Positions 15,030-26,149 of a DNA stretch of 64,000 nucleotides are shown in pieces. Source of the stretch: Vicugna vicugna. Taxonomy: Eukaryota. The stretch's first letter is position 1. The number at the start of each line of letters is the position of its first letter. The notes under the pieces are model-generated. The model saw only the letters and a program-made list of their open reading frames with translations, had not been told where the DNA came from and searched no databases. A program made the translations under genes and the position numbers. The stretch covers positions 6,476,407 to 6,540,406 of the forward strand of contig MU058584.1 of assembly GCA_013265495.1 (NCBI GenBank), in the 5' to 3' direction.

Positions 15030-16920
15030 CATAGCTTATGATCTATTTTTTTCCTTCATATAGTCCTTCTCTAACACTCTTTTCTTTGTGTAGATCCAAG
15101 TTTCTGTCCTATATCATTTTCCTTCTTTCTGAAGAATTTCCTTGAGTATTTCTTGCAAAGAAGGTGTCCTGACAACAAATCCCCTCAATTTGTATTTGTC
15201 TGAGAAAAATCTTTATTTCTCTTTCACTTTTGAAGGATAATTTCACTGCATAAAGAGTTCTGGATTGGAATTTGACACAACATTGTAAAATGACTGGAAC
15301 TCAATAAAAAATGTTTAAAAAAAAAGAATTCTGGATTAGTGGGGTTTCCTTCAAAATATAGTATTTCACCTACTCCCTTCTTGCTTATGGGGCTTTTGAA
15401 GGTAAGTCTGGTATAATTCCTGTCCTTGCTCTTCTGTAAGTAAGGTGTTTAAACTCTGGTTTCTTTCGAGATTTTCTTCTTGCCTTTGATTTTCTGCAGT
15501 CTCAATATTATATACTTATGAGTAGGTTTTTATTTTATCCTGCTTGGTGTTTTATGAGCTTTCTAAGTCTGTGTTTAGCATCTATCATGAATTTTAGAAA
15601 ATTCCCAGTCATTATTGCTTCAGATATTTCTTCTGTTCCTTTCTTTTTACTTTCCGTGTGATATTCTCATTATATATACGTTACACTTTTTGTAGTTGTC
15701 CCAAAGTTCTTGGAAATTCTGTTCAACGTCACTCTGTTTTTCTCGTTCTTTTTCCTTTTTGTATTTCGGTTTTAATGTTTCTGTTGGTGTTTTGCTTCTT
15801 TTCTCGGCTGTGTCCAGTCGATTGAGGAGCCCATCAAAGGGCATCTTTCATTCCTGCTACAGTGTATTTGATTTCCAGTATTTCTTTTTGATTCTTTCCT
15901 AGAATTCCTATCTCCCTGCCTGCATCACCCATCTGTTCTTGCATGCCATTCACCTTTTTCTTTAGGGCTCTCAGAATTTTGATCATAGTTCTTTTAAATT
16001 TTCAGCTTAATAATTCCATCATTCATGCCATACATGACTCTGGTTCTGATGCTTGCTCTGTCTCTTTAAACTGTACATTTTGTATTTTGGTATGCTTTAT
16101 AATATTTTATTGAAAGCTATACAGGAACTAAGGGAAGTAGGCTTTTTGTGTGAGGTTTTATGTTTATCTTACTAGGAGTTAGGCTGTGTTTACTCTTTGC
16201 TGTTGCTCTAGATGTCAGAGGCTAAAATTTCCTCTGGTGTCCTTATATTTGTCCTCCTTGGGTTTCCTTAGAGATACCGTCTTTTAAAAAGTCTGAGGCA
16301 TACAGTTCTTTCAGTTGCATCCTCAGTTATAATACTGGGTCCCCACCGATGTGATGATAAGGTGTGGGAAGAGACGAAGTGTTCGACATGCTTGTGATTA
16401 AGCCTCAGTCTTTTAGGGAGCCTTGCCCTTGGGCTTTGACCTTCATAAATGCTTCTCAATCAACACCCCCTTCGGTGAGTAACGAAGACTAGAGGGGGCT
16501 GAAGTTGGTGTATTTCCCTTTTCCCATGTTAGTTAGGCTCTGATAAAACCCCAACTAATTAGGTTCTAGTAAAAGATTTTCTCCTGAAGTCAGGCCTTGT
16601 TGAGAAGAATGGAATACTCTGGGCAAATTTCAAAATGGTCAACATTCCCCTCCCCCTACTGGAAAAAAGCAAGGAGATTTTCACTAAATTTTCACTGCAT
16701 AGGATCTTCACACCTGCTGGGGCTCCACAAAATTATGGGGGGGGGTCCCCTGAAATTGGGACCCTTGCCTTGGAGTTTTTAACTGGCGACCTCAACCACT
16801 CTGTGCTTCCAGCAATTTGTCAATTACTGTTTCAAGCTTCTTACCTGGTCCTTGTTCTCGCAGAGGCTTTATGCTCCTAGGCTTCTGACCTGTTTTCATT
16901 TGACTCTCCAATCTGGGGGA
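15030..16920 (-). mobile_element. LINE-1 fragment covering ORF1 and the 5' region
   Basis: Minus ORF 15647-15844 translates FDGLLNRLDTAEKR...EQNFQELWDNYKKCNVYIM, recognisably L1 ORF1p. Confidence 0.85.
15267..15322 (+). mobile_element. Very short 5'-truncated L1 3' end with poly(A) and TSD
   Basis: tttgacacaacattgtaaaatgact...caataaaaa plus A-tail, flanked by aaagagttctggatt (15252-15266) and aaagaattctggatt (15323-15337). Confidence 0.75.
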
Positions 16921-17898
16921 CCCTAGTACTGGATGTGGTCTCCCTGCTTGGTATTAGCTTCGGCATTAGTCTTGGTCGTCACTCAGTGTGTATGGCAACG
17001 TAACTGGTTTGAGAACACCTGTGCCTTAATTGTGTGCCTGGAATATTATTCTGTGATATTAACTAATCTTTTCTTCTTTTTATTTTCCACCCTCCCTTCT
17101 CCACATTCAAAGCTTCTAGTCCTGTTTTCATGATCTCAGGAAAGATGATTCTGAGCAGGGAAGGAAGAAAAATAAACCCCAAAGAATCCTGCCTGTTGTT
17201 TTCTGAAAGTCTATGCTTTAAGATAATTGATTGGTTGCGGAGTTTGCTGAGGAGGTAGAAAGAAGGAAATTCAATAGTGGAGACAAAATGGAAAATGATT
17301 TCTGTCAGACCAAAAACCAATTTCCCATCCCCCACCCCAAGCTAAGGGGTGGAAAGGGAAGATAGAGATTTGTGAGCCCTTGGAAAAAAAGAGACCTATG
17401 TCCTGTTTCTCAGTAGAACTACAGGGAATAAGCTGATAAGTCCAAGAAGAAATGGCTGAGTGGTGCCCAGGCAGATAGAGGCATAGGCAATCTTACCAAG
17501 AAAGTGTTCTTTATCCCAAATATGTATAGAAGTAGTAGGAATCCATTGGTACTGAAAAGGTTATGTGGGCAGCAGACATCTAAGTGGCTATTAATGTGGC
17601 AAGAAGACGAAAGATGCTCCCTACCCGATATCTTCACCCTGTGTAAAAATCTAAGAGCTATGATTTAACCCGGATGCAGAACTCCAGGAAGGACTAATGC
17701 TTATGTTTTCTGCCTCATGAGTTGAAGGCTTAAAATACTAATTAAATTAAATTATGATGAGGAAAAGAAAGTTGCAACACTTTTTCTGACCTGAGTTTGT
17801 AAACATATTCACATTTTTATTAGATCCCTGTTATCGTCCTTAAAACAAAGGGTACATATCTATACTTAAACAATTTCAGAACACTGTTTCTTCAATTC

Positions 17899-18188
17899 TT
17901 TTTTTAAAAAAATCTTATTGAAGTGTAGTTGATTTATAATGTTAGTTTCAGGTGTACAGCAAAGTGATTCAGCTATACATGTATGTATATACATATTTTT
18001 TTCTTTTTAGATTCTTTTCCATTATATGTTATCACAAGAAACTGAATAGAGTTCCCTCTGCTATACAGTAGGTCCTTATTGTTTATCTATTTTATATATA
18101 TAGTAATGTGTGTCTGTTAATCCCCAACCCCTAGTTTATCCTTCCCCACCCTTTCCCCTTTAGTAACCGTGGTTTGTTTTCTATGTCC
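17899..18188 (-). mobile_element. LINE-1 3' end, type common in cetartiodactyls
   Basis: ttattgaagtgtagttgatttataatgttagtttcaggtgtacagcaaagtgattcag...gttccctctgctatacagtaggtcctt. Confidence 0.85.
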
Positions 18189-18745
18189 AAAAAAAAAAAA
18201 AATCTCTCCAATTGTCCTTTAATAGGATTCATTATCATCAGAAAATTAATAAATATGGAACACAGTAGACTTTAGCAAGCTAGACTTTATTGCTGCAAAG
18301 ACCACTTTGGATTAAACCCAACCTAAATTAATTTGGTATAAAACTACAGGAACTTAAAAGGAACAAGATGAAACAACAAAATTGCAACAAATAAGAAATT
18401 CAGAAGGGTCAAACATGCCGATATTGAACAATATCATGAGATCCTAATTATTAGCAGTGTCATAACTTGGCCTGTTTTGCATCATTACTACTGCAGTGCC
18501 TCTTCCCATCCAGTGCTTCCCCGCTTTCAGATGCTCTTGACCCAAACATTACAGCTGCTATGGGCATCACATAAAAAGTTGCTGCAATCATTGACGTTTC
18601 AGCCTAGGAATTATTCCAAGTGTTTTAAGTCACTCTGGACTCTTTGAACTCCCTCACAAATTGGTTCTCTTAAATCTCCAGTCTCCCTTGTCTTTGAATC
18701 TTGGATTGCTCATCTGTTGGCAACCTAACCTCAGACCATCCTGGT

Positions 18746-19176
18746 TGTTATGTGTTGAATTGTGTCTGTCTCTCCACATTGCCTCCCCACAACCCCACCA
18801 AGATATGTTGGAGTCCCATCCCCTAGTACCTTAGACTATGACTTTATTTGGAGATAAAGTCTTAATAGAGGTAATCAAGTCAAAAATACTCATGTTCACT
18901 ATAACTGGTGTCTCCATTAAAAAAAAGGATATCTGGACACAGAGACAGAATTGTGCAGGGGGAAGATGATGTGAAGAGATGCAGGGAGAAGATGGCCATC
19001 TATAAGCCAAGGAGAAAGGCCTGGAACAGATCCTTCCTCACAGCCTTCAGAAGGAATCAACTCTGATGACATGTTGATTTCAGACTTTTAGCCTCCAGAA
19101 CTGTGAGATGACAAATATCCGTTGCTTAAACCACCCAATTTGTGATACTTTGTTACAGCAACCCTAATACACTGAT
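18746..19176 (+). mobile_element. MaLR solo LTR (MLT1A/B/C-like)
   Basis: Begins tgttatgtgttgaattgtgtc; 3' part cagccttcagaaggaatcaac...cagacttttagcctccagaactgtgaga...tttgttacagcaacc. Confidence 0.9.
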
Positions 19177-20959
19177 CCTTATCTGACATCACCTTGGGAT
19201 GCTGCTTCAGCATCTGTTCCTCGATTCCAGGCACAGAAAAAAAATGCAGGATGTCTCACCCCAAGAAACACAGCAGCAAAACAGTATTCCTTACGTTGCC
19301 ACTTATCAGGAGACGTAAACTGCACAGCTACACTTTGGGTTTCAAAAGCACTTTTGCTTAGGTCAATGTGCGAGTAATAATTATGATTAATCTCTTTCAG
19401 AACACATGATTCACTATTATATTTACTAGCCTGCATTGTTAAAGATGTTCACCACATTACCCATATCCCTACATGGAATCCTGCATGAAGAATTTCTTCT
19501 GAAATTCAGTGTTTCATAATTTGGCAAGATCTATGAAAATTAGAGATGTAATGATAATCTACGACTAAGCGATTCCACATGGCCCTTAAGGTGGATGCAA
19601 GCTTGGAGCCCTTGAAGATCAGCAAAGGCCAGCCTTCTTCTTTAGATGCTTCAAGATGCGAGTCTTTCTGAGACAGTCTGCTCTTCACCTTAGTGAACAA
19701 TCCAGAGCAGAATACAGTGGAGTGAGAAATATCCCTAAAACATCAAACACTTTCTGTTTGTCTCTCTTGGATCCTTGGGATTTGGAATGTTTAGAATGAG
19801 GGTTTCGGTTCTACACAGAGCTCACTCATGCCACGTAGCTGTGCCCCTTCACTTTGTAGATCTCAGATATGAGAGTACGAATAATAATGCTGATATGAAT
19901 CTGGCGTACAGGACCAAGGTACCAATCACATGTGTCTTTCAAAGTAGCTCTGTAGAGTAGCCGAGACAGCACTCAAACTGTACACATAGCAGCAATCACG
20001 GGCTGCTTATAAGTTATTAACGTGAAAGCTCAGAAGCCTTCCTGGACACCCAGAAGAGATGAACTCTTTGCACCTGCTCCTGTAATCCTTACATAAGTGA
20101 AGGAAGAGCTGTGATTTAGGCTGTTGTGTGGTTTCTTTGGCTTCTGTCTGCCCCCAAAGAAAACAAACACACACACAGCTGTTATAGCACTTGCTTTCTG
20201 CTCTAGAGGAGGATAAGGATGGAATAGAAATCGTGAGCGCCTGCAGACATTGCCTAATAGCTAAAAAGTGACAAACGCAGCAGGGCTCTCCTGGTTCCCA
20301 GTACGGAGGCAGTAACTCATTATTAAAGCATCTCTGCACTGGCAGCGATGGCCGTTTTATGCCCATTTGTGCACCAGAAGCTGTCCATGCATAGCTGTGT
20401 CAGTTTGAAGCTGAGGAAATAATATCGGTACTGTGGGCCTGGAGATGGAAAGCACAATGATGATCTCAAAACCAAAGGAGGAAATTGACCAGTCCCACTG
20501 AGATAAAGCCAGTTTCCAGAGGTTTAGTCCCATCAAGGCCAAGAGTGCCTCCAGTTGAGAGGTCGTGAGTAGAGATTGTCAGTGTAGTTTTTAAAAATAT
20601 ATATTTGATTTTTTATATTTTATAAACCAAAGACCTGTGCCCAGTTTAAATCTCTTCAAAGGTCTGTGCAGCTGCAATACAGTATGGTGCTTGGATGAGG
20701 TTGGTGATGTCAGTGAATTTAATCTTTATTTCTACTATTATTTCTTGATGTCATTGGTGGTATTGGTCAAGGACCATAGATGTTACTGTTTAAAATCCCA
20801 TTGATTATAGGGAGATGGTGTCCTTCAAAGTTTCCTTTGGAAAACTCTTGCCTCTTCTTCCTACCATAAATTAAATAATCTTGTGGTGATTTTTAATAAG
20901 AATCACTTGGCATAAAATGAAGATATCAATCACACGTGCTATGAAGCACTTCAGAAACG

Positions 20960-21400
20960 CTCATTTTTCATCCATTCAAGCAGCTTCGACTGATTGCTGA
21001 GGTGATTTTGAAACTGACACCTGAAGGATGAGGAAAAGATAAACTTAAGCAAAGTAGACGGGATGACCATTATAGACAAGTAAATGGCACAGGTCCTGGT
21101 ATGTGGAGAGGAGAGTGGAAGGTAAAGTTAATCCAGTTAATGGAAGGAAGTTTTGTGCTAAACCCTGGGAGACTAGAGATGAATAAGGATTAACCCCTAC
21201 CTAGTGGGAGCTTTCACTCCAATGGGGGGAAACAGACATGCGAACTAATAAAAGCAACAGAATATGATCAGTTTTATGATAAGAGGGTGAATTCTGATTC
21301 AGCATGGCCCAAAGATAAGACTGATCAACTCTACCAGGCTTTCGAAAGGAAGTAATGCTTGAGCTGAGTCATGAAATTCTCCCCAGACTTTCAAGAGAAT
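20960..21400 (-). mobile_element. LINE-2 3' fragment, interrupted at 20999-21150
   Basis: tcatccattcaag ... tgtgctaaaccctgggagactagagatgaataag ... gggagctttcactccaatggggggaaacagac. Confidence 0.6.
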
Positions 21401-21560
21401 GACAAGTGCTCCAGACAGAGGAAATTGAAAATGTGAAGGTAAAGGTTGAAATAGCTTGATACATGCAGATTGGTGAAGCTCACTCCATTTGGAATAAGGG
21501 TTCATTCATATTTTCATTTATTAAACAAATTCCTTCGAATAGTGAACAAAATGTGTTCAG

Positions 21561-21600
21561 TCTAAGCACGCACTCTACCACTGAGATAAACCCTCCCCCC
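21561..21600 (-). mobile_element. Head-only fragment of tRNA-Ala-derived SINE (Vic-1-like)
   Basis: ctaagcacgcactctaccactgagataaaccctcccc matches the 5' ~40 nt of the SINEs at 26901, 56216 and 56409. Confidence 0.75.
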
Positions 21601-22029
21601 GTAAGGCAGATTTTCTAAGTAATATATAAATAAACATAGGAGATAATTACAAATTTTAAGTGTTTTATAAAGAAAAGAAGTGAGGGCTAAGATAGAGAAA
21701 GGAGAAAAGGACATGAGGAGGGACAGAAATACTCTTTAAAGTCTAGGAAGTGCTCTTGTGAGAGGTGACTTTTAAAGTGACACACGAAGAAAGAGCAAAA
21801 ACTAATCTTAAGCAAAGTAGGTGTGATGACCATGATAGACAAGTAAATGGCAGAGGTCCTCATATGTGAAAAGAAAGGTGGGAGGTAAGGTTAATCTTGT
21901 TAATGGAAGGAAGCAGATGCCATCACTACAAAAAAAAAAAAAAGTAAAGTAATCTGAAAGAGAAATAAATATGTTCAAAATATTTTTTAAATATTTAAAA
22001 AAGGTGATAGAAATCATTAGGCAAGTACA

Positions 22030-22940
22030 GTTGAGAGTGAAAAAGAATCAATTAATGTAGATGGTCATTGAAATAAAATAACTCAACAGATGGGTTGAAC
22101 AATAGACCAGATCCTGTGGAAAAGAGAACAACTAAACTGGAAAAGAGGTCTGAGGAAGTCATTCAAAACAACACAGGGAGATAAAAAGACAGAATATATA
22201 ACAGAGAAGTTAGGAAACATGAGGAATTTTGGAATGCCCGATTCCAAAACAGGCATAACTTTTTTTATTGAGCTTCACTTTATTACACTTCACGGATGTT
22301 GTGTTTTTTCACAAGTCGAAGGTTTTATGGCAAACCTGCCTCCAAAAAAGTCTATCAGCATAGTTGTTCCAAGAGCATTTGCGTTCCTGTGTCACATTTG
22401 GATAATTCTCATAATATTTCAAACTTTGCAATTATTATTATTTTGTTATGGTGATCTGTGGTGAGTGATCTTTGATGTTACTTGTGCAGGAAGATTACCA
22501 CTTTTTGGCTCAGGTGATAGCATTTTTTAGCAATAAAATATTTTGAATTAAGGCATGTACATATTTTTAGACATAATGCTATTGCACACTTAATAAACTA
22601 CAGTATAGTGTAAACAAAACTTAACACTTGGAAACCAAAACATCCATGCGACGCGCTTTACTGTGATACTCACTTTATTGCTGTGGTCAGGAACTGGACC
22701 TGCAATGTCTCTGAGGTATGGTGCTATACGTTTTTTAAAAATTGAAGAATGAGGACACAGACAGAATAGGGGAAAGACAATGATGCTAGAGATAAACACA
22801 CAGAATTTCCCAGAACCGAAAAAGGACATGAAAAGGGGCACACCACATCCTTAGACGGTGCATAAAACAAGCCCACATTTATTCAAATAGTAGGGAAGTT
22901 AAGAAAATTTAAGGCAAAGAGAAGATCAAATTCCAAAAGA
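22030..22940 (+). mobile_element. Old L1/HAL1 ORF1-like fragment, split by Tigger1
   Basis: A-rich ORF1-like text on both sides of the transposon (aactcaacagatgggttgaacaatagac; cagaatttcccagaaccgaaaaaggacatga). Confidence 0.55.
22250..22724 (-). mobile_element. Internally deleted Tigger1 DNA transposon (TcMar-Tigger), non-autonomous
   Basis: Left end caggcataact...ttattgagcttcactttatt. The right end reverse-complements to catacctcagagacattgcaggtccagttcctgaccacagcaataaag, a Tigger1 terminus. About 475 bp, no transposase. Confidence 0.88.
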
Positions 22941-23987
22941 AAACTCTGGAAGTTATTCTCCATCAGACTTCCTTAAGGCCTCCCTTCCGACTCTAAGGAT
23001 TCTTTCTCCTTGGTTTGGGGTATGCCTACTCAGCCTGCCACACGTTTGTCAGAAGTCTATGTAATTTTCTAAATATTTCATAACTCTAGTTCTAATTACA
23101 CCTAGGGTTATATATTTTTACAAATTAAACATTTTTATTTTCTATTAGTTGTAGTTTATTTTCATACTTTTTAAAAAAGGTAACTTCTAACCTTATTGGC
23201 TTATGATCAGAAAAGACCTGTTTCATTTCTGCTTTTCTGTGGCTTTTTGTCATAAACTGTAGTGATAAGTGGCACTTGACTGTGATAGCCACAATCAGTT
23301 CAGCTCTCCTTTGTTCAATCGCAGAAGCCAATCTTTGACTAAGACTTACCATCTTCTATTAAGGCATATGTGATGTTACACACTGACTAACAAGTAAGTT
23401 CACTCCTGCCTGAGATACAGAGGCAACTAAACTCAAATGATAAAACGTCAGGCAACATTATGCTGCCTTCAAATTGTCTGTAAATTTCAGTAGCCGTGTC
23501 TCTTGCATACTTGAAGTTTTATCACCAGCATCAAAGAGAATTGAGAATTATAACCTGACCCTATTCATGCAACAATGTTTTACCAGCCAATTTGATTAGT
23601 CAGACTTCTTTCAGCATGGTGTAGTTGAGCTGCTGCTCATGGGGGTAAAGGGCGAACAGTGTCAGCTGGGCATAGGGTGAGATGTACAGGGCACGAATGA
23701 CTGAAGGGGTCACTAAGCCCTCCTGGGAGCATCAGCCTGCATCTTTCTTCGCTCGGCCTGCGTGTGAGTGTTTGTGTGCGTGTGGCCTTCCAAATTTATT
23801 CCAAAGTATCCAATGCTAGTAATACTATTTGATTTGTGTTGACTTTAAGGATGACAAAGCAACAGGGTACCCACACAAGTCATTTTCTAAACACCAGTTT
23901 ATCTCCTTCTTAGTGAGCGTGTTGTGGGAGACCTGGCGGTGGTGGTGGTTGTTGTGAATCCTCAGGGTTAGTAAGCGGGCAGCACAC

Positions 23988-24026
23988 AGTGAGTGAGTGA
24001 ATGAGTGAATGAGTAAATGAATGAGT
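23988..24026. repeat. GAGT/GAAT tetranucleotide simple repeat
   Basis: agtgagtgagtgaatgagtgaatgagtaaatgaatgagt seen directly. Confidence 0.8.
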
Positions 24027-25096
24027 ATCTAACGCAGAAAGGCCTGCAGGATTGTTTTGAAAGTACCCATTTTGCTAGTTAGGATTTGAGGTCAACAGGC
24101 ATGAAGAGTGCCATGAAGACAGATATCTTGTGGTGAAGTGAAGTTCTGAGTGAAGAGGTGGATAGTTAGGGCCTTCAATGCAGAAAATCAAGCCTTACAA
24201 ATGTTACTGTGCTGAATTCTGTTTGACCTTCAATCTCAAATGCCGTTAAAAGCAACACGAGCAAAGAAGAATGTTGGAATCTTCACTTCGTGTGCTGTCT
24301 GACGCACTATTTATACTTTTTATTTGATCTTCAATAAAGCTCCCTTTGTTCTCATACATGAGTAATGGGTTCAAGGTTTTTATTAGTCCTCTTGCTGCAG
24401 CAGGGTGCAGTAGCTGAAATTCTTCTTCAACCTGAATGAGTACAGAATCATTTTTCAATTGAGGGAGGCTGGTGTCTCCAGAAAGAACATATTTTACCAA
24501 CACAATCCAAGGGCAGAGTCATGACAACAAGTCTTCCTTATGGTTTAAGAACAGGAATCAGGCTCCTGACAACTGAGGAGCATGCTGTAACGATATGCAT
24601 CGCAATGGGACATGGAAAAGGAATCTTTCATTGCAAACAGAAAAATGGCACCTTTCAAAAATAGGGTGGGTATGAAGGTAAAGAGAGAAAATAATCTACA
24701 TACAGATATCCTCTGATTTATAAGATATCTAAGCATACACTTTATAATTCCTTCTTTTCTGTTGTTCTACCAAGAGAAATAGTAAGTCTGAATGCCATGG
24801 TACAACTTCCTTCCGTGCTCCATGACTAGAATAAGAAAGCAAAGACAGGTCCCAAACATTCAATGGAAACCCTATCTGGGGAGATGGACTCTTTGATGAG
24901 ACAAGCAAAGAGACGAACATTCTCTTCCCCCTCATGATATTTCCAGGTTTTCAATTGCTGCTAGAGTTAGAGTGACTCAGGTTGGTCAAGTGAGGGTAAA
25001 CTGGAGGCTACAGGTAGGGAAAAAGAGGGATTCTTGCAGATCAATTTATACTAAATCTTACATTTATAGCTTCAGACCATTGAACTGGATTTCTTT

Positions 25097-25445
25097 TGTT
25101 TGTTTGTTTTTGTGTGTGTATATGTATATACATACATATTATATATATATATATATATATGCACATATATATGTGCATATATATATATATGCACACATGC
25201 ACACACACACACTTTATTGACATATACTCAGTTTACAACATTGTATCGAAGCTGGGGTAATTACTCTGCCAGATTTCAGACAATACTACAGAGCTACAGT
25301 AATCAAAACAACATGGTATTGGTACAAAAACAGACATATGGATCAATGAAACAGAATGGAGAGCCTAGAAATAAATCCACAGACTTTTGGTCAATTAATC
25401 TTTGACAAAGGAGGCAAGAATATACAATTGAGTAAAGATAGTTTC
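25097..25445 (-). mobile_element. 5'-inverted, truncated LINE-1 insertion with a microsatellite in place of its tail
   Basis: Antisense 3' end at ~25213-25247 joined to a sense ORF2 piece at 25248-25445 ([35 protein letters not shown]...LIFDKGGKNIQ). TSD ttgaactgg(c)atttcttt at 25080-25096 and 25446-25463. Confidence 0.85.
25111..25212. repeat. Compound (TG)/(TA)/(CA) microsatellite
   Basis: Seen directly. Confidence 0.95.
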
Positions 25446-25494
25446 TTGAACTGGCATTTCTTTAAATCACTGATGCACACCAACACCACAAGCC

Positions 25495-25738
25495 ATATAG
25501 CAGGATAGTTAAGCGCACATGCCTGATTGTCAGAGAGAACCAGATTCTAATCATGACTGGGTGACTCCTCTGGGAAAATTACTTAACCTTGGTTTCCTTA
25601 CCTGTAAAAGAGGATAGTAAAACCTACCTCCTCGGGTTATTGTGAAGATTAAATGAGATAATCGGTATACAACACTTAGCACAGTGTTTGGCACATAGTA
25701 AATACTCATCAAACAGTAGCAGTTATCACTATTATTAC
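25495..25738 (+). mobile_element. MIR SINE
   Basis: aaattacttaacctt...tttccttacctgtaaaagaggatagtaa...tgtgaagattaaatgagataat...cttagcacagtgtttggcacatagtaaatactc. Confidence 0.88.
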
Positions 25739-26149
25739 AGCTCCAGGGTTATGAAAGTAAGATCAGTATGAACACCTGTATAGCTAGGAGAAAACTGTCA
25801 TGTCCTTAGGTATTTCAGACATCTGTTTTCAGTGTTGTATATTTAGTATATCATTTAACTGAACACACAAGAGCATAGTCAAGATTCTGCTAAATATCAG
25901 AAGGCAATTTTTGAAAATATCTGATGCTGCTTAAACCAAGTGACATTCAAAGCATTTTTTTCACACACTTCTACTTATTCTTACAGAAATTCTCTGTGGA
26001 AAACAAATGGTAAATAAGTAGTGAGAAATGGGCCTCCAATTTCCTGTTTGAATTGTAGTTTCTGCAAGAAATGTAATATGAGATGTCTTCAGTTTGTGAA
26101 GTGGCACATGGAGGAAACCAGTTTTGTGAAAAATAAATGGAACAAACAA

